Assembly: GCA_964522395.1 (NCBI GenBank)
Contig: CAZFVN010000033.1
Span: 1-40,922, forward strand
DNA from: an uncultured Myxococcales bacterium
GTDB taxonomy: Bacteria; Myxococcota_A; UBA9042; CAIXZC01
DNA length: 40,922 bases
Direction: 5' to 3'
The position numbers and the translations under genes were made by a program. Each line of letters opens with the position of its first letter. The first letter of the stretch is position 1. The notes under the pieces were generated by a model. It was not told the DNA's origin, searched no databases, and saw nothing but the letters and a program-made list of their open reading frames with translations. This document shows, piece by piece, positions 8,480-19,325 of the stretch.

Positions 8480-8935
8480 TCAGAGGTTGTTGCGGCCGCT
8501 GTCCAAACGCCGCCAGAGATCAGATGGAACTTCGGGAAGGAGGATTGTCTCGCGGGTTTGCTCAACAATTACCTCCAGCTCCAGGCTCTGCCCGAGGTTG
8601 TGGCAGTCCAATTGGTAGCCATGTTCACTCATATCGCCAGATTTGCAGTGGGGTACAGGTACGCGGGCCAGAACTCCCGCCACTTTGCTCAAGCGGGCCT
8701 TTCGAGTGTTACCGCTGAGCGCAAATAGACGGTCCAATTGCGCCAGTGATTCGGTGGCGAGCGTCTCTTCGATGGTCCCAACGTCGCCCTTTTTGCAAGC
8801 GTCGAAGAGCTTGACAACCAGGGGGTGATTGTCGCCTTCTTCGGCGGACGCGGATGGAGCCCGATCCCCCGGCTCACTGCACCCCACCGAGCCCAGAAGC
8901 AGCACCATCCACAACCATCTACATTTCGAAAACAC
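8480..8935 (-). CDS. Hypothetical secreted protein or lipoprotein; start uncertain
   Basis: The ORF is open back to a TTG at 8974. A GTG at 8935 (GGGAGA SD 9 nt upstream) gives a plausible signal peptide, FSKCRWLWMVLLLGSVGC-SE, with a weak lipobox. An ATG at 8908 is also possible. It is the last gene of the holB-ricT-tatD strand block. Confidence 0.5.
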   Translation of the reverse strand: MFSKCRWLWMVLLLGSVGCSEPGDRAPSASAEEGDNHPLVVKLFDACKKGDVGTIEETLATESLAQLDRLFALSGNTRKARLSKVAGVLARVPVPHCKSGDMSEHGYQLDCHNLGQSLELEVIVEQTRETILLPEVPSDLWRRLDSGRNNL

Positions 8936-9725
8936 GCCTAGTATTCTCCCGTGTGGCCAGGGCAGCCTCTTCAATAGATATGCCTTTGCACCGCGCCACT
9001 TCTTCTAGAACAAACGCCACCATCGCCGGTTCGTTTCGACGACCGCGAAAGGGATGAGGGGCAAGATAGGGTGAATCGGTCTCCACGAGGAGGCGTTCGA
9101 GAGGGATCGCGCCCAGGGCATCTCGGAGCGGCTGGGCCCCCCGACCGAAGGTGACAATACCGGGGATGGAAATGTGAAACCCTCTTCGCAGAAACTGCTC
9201 GGCCTCCACCGAAGTCCCGGTGAAGCAATGCACCACCCCTTGATGCAGTGGCCCCATTTCGTCGAGAATCACCAGCGCATCTGCCAACGCCTCCCGCAAG
9301 TGCAACACCACCGGCAGTTCAACTTCTCGAGCCAGGGCCAGTTGATTGCGAAAGACCCCTTGCTGCTCCTCCCTGGGCGAGAAATCGTAATGATAGTCGA
9401 GGCCGATTTCACCGATGGCGACCAGATCATTTGACCCCAGGACGGCTCGCAGGGCGGGAAGCAAGGACTCCTCGTGACGTGCACAATGCGGGTGAATCCC
9501 AGCGACCATGGAGAGTCGCACGTCAGTGGCGGCCAGCTTTGCTGTTTCGAGGAATACCTCTGGTTTGTCGCTGGCCGCCACTAGAATGATGCCCGACAGG
9601 TCGTGGGCCCAGGCGCGCTCCAGAACGGCGTCCACCTCTTCGCCATAAGTCCCGATCTCAAGATGTGCGTGGGAATCTATGGCACCGGCAGCGGACCATT
9701 CTGATGGATATCGCCTTCGCCCCAT
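8919..9725 (-). CDS. tatD: TatD-family metal-dependent hydrolase (DNase)
   Basis: Hallmark motifs are present: IDSHAHL near the N-terminus, GEIGLDYHY, VLHLREA, VHCFTG, ETDSPYL. It sits 3 nt downstream of the PSP1 gene. Confidence 0.9.
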   Translation of the reverse strand: MGRRRYPSEWSAAGAIDSHAHLEIGTYGEEVDAVLERAWAHDLSGIILVAASDKPEVFLETAKLAATDVRLSMVAGIHPHCARHEESLLPALRAVLGSNDLVAIGEIGLDYHYDFSPREEQQGVFRNQLALAREVELPVVLHLREALADALVILDEMGPLHQGVVHCFTGTSVEAEQFLRRGFHISIPGIVTFGRGAQPLRDALGAIPLERLLVETDSPYLAPHPFRGRRNEPAMVAFVLEEVARCKGISIEEAALATRENTRRVFEM

Positions 9726-9728
9726 CTT

Positions 9729-11030
9729 CTATTCGCTCGGCTTCGGCTGGTCGCCACCCTTGCCTCGGCCTCGGCCCCGCCGTCGTCGTCGGCGCTTCTT
9801 GGGGGGGGCGTCTCCGCCACCTTCAGCGCTTGCTGCTCCAGGTCTGCCCCCCTGGCCTCGATTCCCGGCTGCCTTCTCGCCGCCGCCTCCGCCGCGCCTT
9901 CCGCCGGGCTTCGTGCCCCCGCCTTCACCACGACGTCGGCGCGATCTCTGCCCTGATTTCTCAGACTTGCTCTCTTCCCCACCGCGGCCCTTGCCGCGAC
10001 CCCGCCCCCGTCGGCGTCGACGAGGAGCGTCTTCACTATCCGGCAGGCGATCGGCGAGCCCCGGCAGACTTCTCTCGAGATCGCTCTTCTCGGCGACGAC
10101 GGGTTTGGGCTTGACCACGTAATGAACATCCTCCCTGGCACCTTCTCCATCGTTGGGTTTGAAGGCATCCACGGGATAATCGCGCGGGGCATTGTTCTCA
10201 GCCAGACGAACCTTTACCCGCTGCCGCATGATGTGCAATTCGGCCACTCGAGCCAGACCATCGGGAGTTTCCGCCATGGCCCCTACCTTGGGCATCTCCG
10301 CACGTAGAGCCGCGTAAGTTTCCCGTTCGTACCCGAGGCAGCAAAGTAGCTTGCGGCAGTTTCCAGTGATCTTCTCCTGATTGACCACCAATCCCTGCTC
10401 CTTGGCCATCTTTGTGCGCACCGACCGGAACTCTGTAAGGTGGGTGGAACAGCAGTGCTCCCGACCACACCGCCCCAGGCCGCCGACCATCTTCGTTTCG
10501 TCCCGGGGACCAATCTGACGCATCTCAATGCGACATCGCAAGTTGCGCGATAACTCTTTGACGAGGTTGCGAAAGTCGATGCGGCCGTCCGAGGAGAAGA
10601 AGAAGACAGAGCGGTTCTCCCAGGGCACGTATTCAACGTCGACCAGCTTCATCTGCAGTCGCATCTGGGAGGCCAATTGTTCGCAGACAGTGCGCGCTCG
10701 CTGCTGCTTCTCCGCAGTCCGCGTGTCCTGCCAATTATTTCCTGGCTCTGCCAGCGGCCGGAGGACCTTGCGTGCGCCCTTCGGGCTCACCAGTCGCTTC
10801 TCAGTGACAGATATTACGACTCCCTGTCCGGTCCCGCGCTCGGTCTCCACCACCACCGCCATGTCTGGCCAGACCTGCTGATTGTCATCGTGGTAGTACC
10901 ACGCAACCTTGCGGGTGCGGTCGGCGCGTACTTGCACCATATTGAAGAACTGCTTGCCACCCTTTTCAAACCGCTCCAGTAAGCTCTGGTCAAGGCGGTT
11001 CTGGATGCGGCGGAATTCGCGGTCAGGCAT
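9729..11030 (-). CDS. ricT: PSP1 C-terminal-domain protein (RicT/YaaT family) with a ~130-aa Arg/Gly-rich low-complexity C-terminal tail
   Basis: Residues ~100-270 align closely with B. subtilis YaaT/RicT: KLVDVEYVPWENRSVFFFSSDGRIDFRNLVKEL, IEMRQIGPRDETKMVGGLGRCGREHCCSTHL, KITGNCRKLLCCLGYE. The tail RRRRRGRGRGKGRGGE...GGRRGGGGGE...KKRRRRRRGRGRGKGGD is encoded at ~9729-10130. It overlaps the holB stop by 8 nt. Confidence 0.85.
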   Translation of the reverse strand: MPDREFRRIQNRLDQSLLERFEKGGKQFFNMVQVRADRTRKVAWYYHDDNQQVWPDMAVVVETERGTGQGVVISVTEKRLVSPKGARKVLRPLAEPGNNWQDTRTAEKQQRARTVCEQLASQMRLQMKLVDVEYVPWENRSVFFFSSDGRIDFRNLVKELSRNLRCRIEMRQIGPRDETKMVGGLGRCGREHCCSTHLTEFRSVRTKMAKEQGLVVNQEKITGNCRKLLCCLGYERETYAALRAEMPKVGAMAETPDGLARVAELHIMRQRVKVRLAENNAPRDYPVDAFKPNDGEGAREDVHYVVKPKPVVAEKSDLERSLPGLADRLPDSEDAPRRRRRGRGRGKGRGGEESKSEKSGQRSRRRRGEGGGTKPGGRRGGGGGEKAAGNRGQGGRPGAASAEGGGDAPPKKRRRRRRGRGRGKGGDQPKPSE

Positions 11031-12081
11031 GAGTACTCCTTGCAGCCGGCGATGCCCCCGAAGGGCTCAGCGCAGCCATCTCGTTACCGAGGAAGTAAAG
11101 CAAATGTTTGGGATTCTCGTTGTGTCGAAGTCCGGTTCCAAATTCCCGGACGAGGCCAGCAAAAGTCAGCGCCCCCTGTCGACCCCAGGAGCGCGCCAGG
11201 GAGTTGATCCCGGAGGCTCGCTCACCGAAGAGCAGGGCCTCAGCAGGCAGACCTGAGCTGGCCGAGAGCAGATCGCGGGAGAGCATCGTGGCGATAGTTC
11301 CAATCCGCTCTACGACCTCGCGTTCCTTGCCCGCCAGGTCTTGCAGGGTACGCAAGGAAGCCATCACCCGCTGGGAGACGCCATTTTGGGGTAGGGCGAG
11401 GAGGAAGTCGACTATCTCCAGACGCTGCTCCAACACCTTGCCCGCATTCAATTCCAGCGCTCGAGCGATACTGCCCTCCGAGGCCGCTGCGAGACTCATC
11501 GCCAAATCATCAGGCAACTGCCGTTGAGAAACGAGGAAGCGGGAAACGTCCTGGGGCGATAGAGGCGGGAAGCGTAATCGCTGGCAGCGCGACACAATGG
11601 TCGGTAGCACCGCGCTCTCCAGGGTTGTCACGAGAATGAAGTGAGTATTGCGGGGCGGCTCCTCCAAAGTCTTGAGGAGCATATTGCCAGCTTCTGGTGT
11701 CAGGGCATCGGCGGGGTCCAGCATCACCATCTTGGCCCCACCCATAACCGCCGGATAGTGCAGGCGGGAGATGATGTTCACGAGGGTGTTGCGTCCTCTC
11801 TCTCCACTCGTTCCCTTGACTATTCTCCGTCCCTGCTGGTCGGGTGCGTAAAGGTCAGGAAATTCACCCCGCTCTATCTGACGGCACGGCGCACATTCAT
11901 CACATCCGTCGCTTTCGCTTCCCTCGCAATTGAGCGCTTTCACAAACTCGATGGCGGTGAGGTTCTTCCCCACGCCAGGGGGGCCGACAAAAAGGTATGC
12001 CGCGGCCACTCGGTCCCGGGCCAACGCAGACTGCAGCACCTTGATGCTGCGTTCCTGACCGTATACCCGGTTGAATCCCAT
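11023..12081 (-). CDS. holB: DNA polymerase III delta-prime subunit
   Basis: AAA+ clamp-loader fold: LFVGPPGVGK (Walker A), a zinc module CEGSESDGCDECAPC, and an ILVTT sensor region. The ATG at 12081 has GGAGG 3 nt upstream. The ORF is open to a TTG at 12105. The gene order holB-yaaT/ricT-tatD is conserved, as in Bacillus. Confidence 0.85.
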   Translation of the reverse strand: MGFNRVYGQERSIKVLQSALARDRVAAAYLFVGPPGVGKNLTAIEFVKALNCEGSESDGCDECAPCRQIERGEFPDLYAPDQQGRRIVKGTSGERGRNTLVNIISRLHYPAVMGGAKMVMLDPADALTPEAGNMLLKTLEEPPRNTHFILVTTLESAVLPTIVSRCQRLRFPPLSPQDVSRFLVSQRQLPDDLAMSLAAASEGSIARALELNAGKVLEQRLEIVDFLLALPQNGVSQRVMASLRTLQDLAGKEREVVERIGTIATMLSRDLLSASSGLPAEALLFGERASGINSLARSWGRQGALTFAGLVREFGTGLRHNENPKHLLYFLGNEMAALSPSGASPAARSTHA

Positions 12082-12266
12082 GGCCCTCCATCCCGTGCGC
12101 AACACGCGCGCAGATCCGGTATAGTAGCCGGGATCTTCTTAAGAGTCGAGGAAAGTAGGCCTACGAACGCGGAATAAAGGCAAGTTTACGTGGTTTTAGT
12201 GCTTGATCTCGCTTTGTTGGATCGGGTATGGTCCTCTGCCTCGAAACAGGATAGACTAGGGAGAGT

Positions 12267-13442
12267 ATGCAAGAGAACCGCTACACCTTGGATCTGGAAC
12301 TGCGTAACTTGCTCAACGTGACCGAGATCACGGGCGGCGACATTATGGAGATTCGCCATCTTATCCGAGGCGGTTCGATTATCGACTGGCAGCGCTTCTA
12401 TTTCGATACTCTCCCCGAAGTAAACGAGTTCCTACGGGTCAGCCAGTATGACCCGGACAACATTCTAGACATGGAACGACTCGCCTCTATCCATCAGAGC
12501 GCCGTGGAGTATTGCCGTGCAACGCTCGGTCTGGAAATGCCCAGCGTCCTCGTCCACCCCAGCCGGTTGCAGAACCTCTACCTCTACGCATCCTCCGAGG
12601 GCGAGCATCGGGCCCAGGCATGCATGCTCATCAAAGTCATGCACGTTATCAATCACCTCGAGGCCCGGGAGCTTCTCTACCATCTGCCTGTCAGCGAGCG
12701 TGAGTTCTTCGCCCGCCTGGAGCGGCGCGTATCTCGCACCGTCAATAGAATGCTGGAAGAAGGTTTTCCGATCGAAACCTACCAGGCCTCGCAAAAGACC
12801 AAAGAGAGCCTTGTTACTAAGCTACTTTCCAAGCGCAAGAATACCGCGGCGCAGGTCTTTGACCGCATCCGCTTTCGGATCATCTCTTCCCAGCGGTCTG
12901 GCCTCCTGCCCATGCTCTTCTACCTTAAGAAGTACCTCATTCCGTTCACCTACGTGATTCCTGGCGAATCCACCAATACTATTGCCCCCGTATCCAAGCT
13001 CTTTCGGGATACCATGGGCATTCGGCTCCGGGAGCAAGACCGGGACTTCGGCCCCCAAACCGCCCACAATCCCTTCTCCCACCGGGATTTTCGCGTTATC
13101 AGCATGGTCGTTGATACTCCCGTCAGAGTCGATGACCTGGCCGACCCCGCCTCCCGTCGACTACTCACGAAGTTTGGGCACATCGTCTTCGTGCCCACGG
13201 AATTCCAGCTCTTCGACAAAGCCAGCTATTTCCTCAACGAATCGGGCCCAGCGGCCCACGAACTCTACAAGGGCCGTCAGGTTACCGAGGTTATCAGCCG
13301 ACTCTTCAAGGGAGATATCGAGGAGGAAGGCGGGTCAGAACGAAGAAATGGGGCAGGCGGGAAGCTGGAGCGGCGCAAGAGTGGCCGTAAGTTGAAGCCT
13401 CCCATTCAAGACAAGAAGAGCGACCCCGCATCAAGTCAGTAG
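12267..13442 (+). CDS. RelA/SpoT-homologue (RSH)-like protein: degenerate HD-like N-terminal region plus a divergent (p)ppGpp-synthetase-like nucleotidyltransferase domain, with a basic C-terminal tail
   Basis: Residues ~175-345 align with the Rel synthetase domain. QKTKESLVTKLLSKRKNTAAQVFDRIRFRII corresponds to GRPKHIYSIYRKM...FDLIAIRCV. GHIVFVPTEFQLFDKASYFLNESGPAAHELYK corresponds to [25 protein letters not shown]. The N-terminal ~170 aa resemble the HD domain (IHQSAVEYCRATLGLEMPSVLVHPSRL), but the HD dipeptide is replaced (KVMHVINHLE). I can see no TGS, ACT or other regulatory C-terminal domain. Confidence 0.6.
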   Translation: MQENRYTLDLELRNLLNVTEITGGDIMEIRHLIRGGSIIDWQRFYFDTLPEVNEFLRVSQYDPDNILDMERLASIHQSAVEYCRATLGLEMPSVLVHPSRLQNLYLYASSEGEHRAQACMLIKVMHVINHLEARELLYHLPVSEREFFARLERRVSRTVNRMLEEGFPIETYQASQKTKESLVTKLLSKRKNTAAQVFDRIRFRIISSQRSGLLPMLFYLKKYLIPFTYVIPGESTNTIAPVSKLFRDTMGIRLREQDRDFGPQTAHNPFSHRDFRVISMVVDTPVRVDDLADPASRRLLTKFGHIVFVPTEFQLFDKASYFLNESGPAAHELYKGRQVTEVISRLFKGDIEEEGGSERRNGAGGKLERRKSGRKLKPPIQDKKSDPASSQ

Positions 13443-13445
13443 GAG

Positions 13446-14315
13446 CTATTCCTCAACTGGCCCGAGGCGGGTGGACCGCTCCGGCATCAACTTCTGCACA
13501 ATGGACGCCAACTCCTCACGCATCTGTTCGATCTTATCTTGCATCAGATATGACTGGAGGCCCCACCGCATGGATTCAGCGCTCTTGTAAGCGTAGAGGC
13601 CGCTGGGGTCCGTAGCCTTTCGCAGCACTTCCACCAACCCAGTGGGGAGTCGGCTTCGGTCGTTGAACACAGAATCGGCCCCACCGAGGCACTGAGTCAG
13701 CAAACGGCCAATAGCGAAGGTGTCAATCTCGATGCGGCGGTCATACGGTTCGATGAAAGGCGGCAATTCTGAGCGGCCTCGCTGTACACTACTCCAGACC
13801 GAATCATTGGCCAAAGCGAGCCCGAGGTCCAGCAACCGAGTCCGCCCGCGCGCACTGAGCAGAACATTGCCCGCCCTGATGTCCCCGTGAATCAGCACTC
13901 GGTCGCCCCGCTTGAATCGGTGGACCTCCGTCGCAGCAGAGGCCAACTCGCTGGCCATCAAGACCCAGGTCTCAAGCCGAATCTGGGAGGCTGCGTCCGG
14001 CTCAGATTTCAGCAAATCGGCCAGGCTGACGCCCTCAATGTGCTCCATTACCATAAAGGGAATTCCCTTCGATACGCCGACCTCCTCGATCTTTGGAAAG
14101 GAGGGGTGGCGGAGCCGCTGCATCAATTCCGTTTCTTTCCAAAAGAGTCCCAGCAATTCCGGGTCTTCGACGATGTTGGGGAGTGGCCGCTTAACGGCCC
14201 AGGTCGTCACCGAACCGTCCTCGTCCACGCGCTGCCCTAGGAGAACTTCGCCCATGCCGCCAATACGAATAGGTTCCGTGATCGTGTAGCGCCCGATGGG
14301 GAATGGAACGAACAT
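13446..14315 (-). CDS. Atypical protein-kinase-like protein (ePK/APH-like fold), stand-alone catalytic domain
   Basis: Gly-rich loop IGGMGEV, VAIK-like WAVKRP, alphaC Glu (WKETELMQRL), a catalytic loop IHGDIRAGNVLL (HGD..N, closer to the APH/Brenner HGDxxxxN motif than to HRDLKxxN), and DLGLA in place of DFG. Its end is 3 nt from the end of the RSH-like gene (convergent). Confidence 0.6.
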   Translation of the reverse strand: MFVPFPIGRYTITEPIRIGGMGEVLLGQRVDEDGSVTTWAVKRPLPNIVEDPELLGLFWKETELMQRLRHPSFPKIEEVGVSKGIPFMVMEHIEGVSLADLLKSEPDAASQIRLETWVLMASELASAATEVHRFKRGDRVLIHGDIRAGNVLLSARGRTRLLDLGLALANDSVWSSVQRGRSELPPFIEPYDRRIEIDTFAIGRLLTQCLGGADSVFNDRSRLPTGLVEVLRKATDPSGLYAYKSAESMRWGLQSYLMQDKIEQMREELASIVQKLMPERSTRLGPVEE

Positions 14316-14320
14316 GGTGG

Positions 14321-16486
<2,166 letters not shown>

Positions 16487-16490
<4 letters not shown>

Positions 16491-17218
16491 GCCCGGTCCC
16501 CCGCAGTATAGCGATAGCACAGCTCCTCAGAGGGAATGCCAATCTTGTCGCAAACGCGCTCCCGGTCCGTTCGGGGGAGCTCCAGGCCCGGACCGGCGAC
16601 GGGCGAACAGCCAATCGATGGCAAAGCTTCACGCGCCAGGTCGAGGACCAGCGGCACATCACTGCGCACCACCACCAGGGCGCCCTCCTTCAGCAGTGGG
16701 GCAAAAGGAGCCAGCCCCACACTGCCCAGAAGTCGGCGCTTATGGTGCTTCTTCTTCCACCAGGGATCGGGAAAGAGAATGAAGAGCGCGTCAATGGAGC
16801 GGGGGGCCAGATATGGAGGGAGCAGTGCCCGCGCGTCGCCCAGAAGTAGCCGCGTGCTGCTGACATTCCAACCATCCAATCGGGTCAAAGCTTCGCGGAC
16901 GAGCTTCCGCTTCACCTCTATGCCGAGGCATTTCCAATCCCTATTGAGGAGGGCAAACTGCCCCAGGAAGTAGCCGCGACCAAACCCTACCTCTACGGCC
17001 AGCGGACCATCCTTCGAGAACTGTCGCAAAGCAGAGGCATCTACCGGTGAGTCCAGCGGGCTCCAGAACAGGGGATGTTCAATCTCGTCACACCGGCGAG
17101 TTTTAGCGCGCATTTCCGGGTGGCCGCCCACCAGCCCTTTACTTACCAATTCGTCAACGGACACATCCCTCACGTTCCTTTCTCCTACCAAACCCCATGT
17201 ACGCATAACAGCACGCAC
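16487..17218 (-). CDS. trmB: tRNA (guanine46-N7)-methyltransferase
   Basis: SAM-methyltransferase fold with VEVGFGRGYF and FILFPDPWWKKKHHKRRL (the TrmB FPDPW..KRHxKRR motif). The track start is a GTG at 17218; an ATG at 17206 is the alternative. Confidence 0.85.
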
Positions 17219-17450
17219 GCGCGTCTGTCAAGCCGTTGACAAAGAGGTAAGGCATTTGCCGAGTCGCCTGTGGCGGTCACTCTCAAAGGAGTCAAGGACC
17301 TCACTGCACCGGCAATTTCAACCATCGCAGGCCGAAGCAAAACATGGAGACCAATCGGCTCTGCGGACGTTGGCTCAGTGCGAAACCTTGGGGTAGGGGA
17401 CTTGCCCGGAGCGCGGGCAGGGGATATGATGTCTCCAGCGCAGAGGTGAG

Positions 17451-18329
17451 ATGACTACTAACGAAGACCTCGCTCCAGATGCCGACGGGCGGCCTAACGA
17501 CGAACATGAGATCACCGGTGAGCCGACAGGATTCGACGAAGAGAATACTGCCGACTATCAGGTTCCCAGTGCTTTCAACCGCTCTGCCGCGCGTTCGGAG
17601 ATTTCCTTGGACCCACCCGGGGCCATTGAGGATACCCGGGAGTTGGAGGTGCCGCGCTCCCTGAATCCGCGCCGGGGGGGGCGGGAGATTCCTGCTGAAG
17701 TACGTGAGCAGTGGGAGAGTCGCGGTCGGGTGGCCGGACGCTTCCGTCGCTGGTTTTTCTCGGACCCTGTGGTTGGTTGGTACTATGCACTCCCTCGGGC
17801 TAGACGAAGGCTGATTGGCTGGGGCCTCTGGATCACCGCTTCCGCCGCCACCATCGTCATCGTTTTCGCAACCAGCTCGATGGGCATATTCCCCGTCGTC
17901 GAGGAGATGATGCGCCCGACCTTCGCCCCGCGGCCCGAGCAACCAGAGCGCCTCTTTCCCCGCCCCGGAGCGGCCTTTGACTTGGTGGAAGCGAGACGGC
18001 TGAGTAGCGAGGAGTTTCGGCTCGCCACCGACTGTCTCTGGCTCACTACTGACCCGGGCTCAGGGTATTCCCTCGACGACGCTGGAGTGGCCTTGGAGTT
18101 GGACGGGAAGAAAGTCGCCGAGCTGGACGTACGCTATAACTGGGATGGGCTCATACGTCTCTACTTCGGCGCCGGGAAGGTCCCTCACGATAAGGACCTC
18201 ATGCTCCGCGTTCCTATCCAACGGGGCGGCATGTGGAGCTTCCAACGAGGTCGGGGCTATGAGACCTTCCTACAGGGGGGGCGGACGCCATCCCATGTCC
18301 TGCTCGGACCAATAAGCTTCACCAAGTAA
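17451..18329 (+). CDS. Hypothetical single-pass membrane protein: acidic N-terminal cytoplasmic region, one TM helix, ~150-aa C-terminal domain
   Basis: ATG with AGAGG upstream. TM helix LIGWGLWITASAATIVIVFATSSMGIF. I recognise no domain. Its 3' end is convergent with murB. Confidence 0.5.
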   Translation: MTTNEDLAPDADGRPNDEHEITGEPTGFDEENTADYQVPSAFNRSAARSEISLDPPGAIEDTRELEVPRSLNPRRGGREIPAEVREQWESRGRVAGRFRRWFFSDPVVGWYYALPRARRRLIGWGLWITASAATIVIVFATSSMGIFPVVEEMMRPTFAPRPEQPERLFPRPGAAFDLVEARRLSSEEFRLATDCLWLTTDPGSGYSLDDAGVALELDGKKVAELDVRYNWDGLIRLYFGAGKVPHDKDLMLRVPIQRGGMWSFQRGRGYETFLQGGRTPSHVLLGPISFTK

Positions 18330-18393
18330 GCAAGCTGGGTGCGAATACTCGGCAATCGGAGAAACTGCGGCACCAGAATGGGCCCGTTTGGCT

Positions 18394-19317
18394 TTAGTCA
18401 AATGACAAGAACGGCTCAAATGAAACTACTTCCGTAGTCAATAGTACGCCGCTATCGGCCAGCACCCTGGCCTTTACGCGGCTGATGAGCTCTAGTACGT
18501 CTGCAGCGGTGGCCCCTCCAGTGTTCACGATGAAGCCCTTGTGCTTCTGCGAAACCAGAGCGCCACCCACGCGCATCCCGCCACATCCAGCCTCTTCGAT
18601 AAGGCGCCCGGCGTAGTGGCCAGGCGGGCGCTTGAAAATGGAGCCAGCGCAGAGCGTCTCCGGAGGAAACTTGCTCTGCCGCACAGCCTGAATCGCATCC
18701 ATTCGTCCCCGAATTGCCCCTTGATCATCCGACCCCAGAGGCTCGAAGATAGCCTCCACGATGATTCCCGGGGAGCGTTGGAAGCGGCTCTTGCGATATC
18801 CCAGACCCAACTCAGGCAGACCGCTCCGATGGACAGTGCCGTCCGGGGCCACCCAGGTCACTTCCGCAACAGTTTCGCTGATCTCTCCATCGTTGTTTCC
18901 AGCGTTCATGAAGACTGCTCCCCCCACACTTCCGGGGATGTCATAAATCCACTCGAAACCAGTCAATCCGTGATGCCAGGCGAATTGAGAGAGTTTGCTA
19001 TCGAGGACGCCTCCCGCGGCGCGGATGAGACCGCTCTCAAGCGAAATCTCAGAGAGTGAGTCAGCCAGGTGGAGGACCACTCCATCGATGCCGTCGTCAG
19101 GCACGATAATGTTCGAGCCGGCCCCCAGAACGTAGAGCGGAATCCGCTCTTCATGGCACAACTGCATAGCAGCAGAGATATCTTCGACCTGACGAGGTGA
19201 GACGAGACAGGCTGCCGGACCACCAATGCCGAAGGTGTTCAATGGAGAAAGCGGTACCTCCGTTGCGACCGGGCAAGATAGCTCGCTTTGCAGGCGTTTT
19301 ATGAGAGTTTCTAGCAT
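18394..19317 (-). CDS. murB: UDP-N-acetylenolpyruvoylglucosamine reductase
   Basis: FAD-binding PCMH domain (NTFGIGGPA, VLGAGSNII) and MurB C-terminal motifs (GSIFKRPPGHYAGRLIE, KHKGFIVN). ATG at 19317. It lies directly downstream of the acyl-CoA ligase gene on the same strand. Confidence 0.9.
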   Translation of the reverse strand: MLETLIKRLQSELSCPVATEVPLSPLNTFGIGGPAACLVSPRQVEDISAAMQLCHEERIPLYVLGAGSNIIVPDDGIDGVVLHLADSLSEISLESGLIRAAGGVLDSKLSQFAWHHGLTGFEWIYDIPGSVGGAVFMNAGNNDGEISETVAEVTWVAPDGTVHRSGLPELGLGYRKSRFQRSPGIIVEAIFEPLGSDDQGAIRGRMDAIQAVRQSKFPPETLCAGSIFKRPPGHYAGRLIEEAGCGGMRVGGALVSQKHKGFIVNTGGATAADVLELISRVKARVLADSGVLLTTEVVSFEPFLSFD

Positions 19318-19325
19318 GGGCAGGG

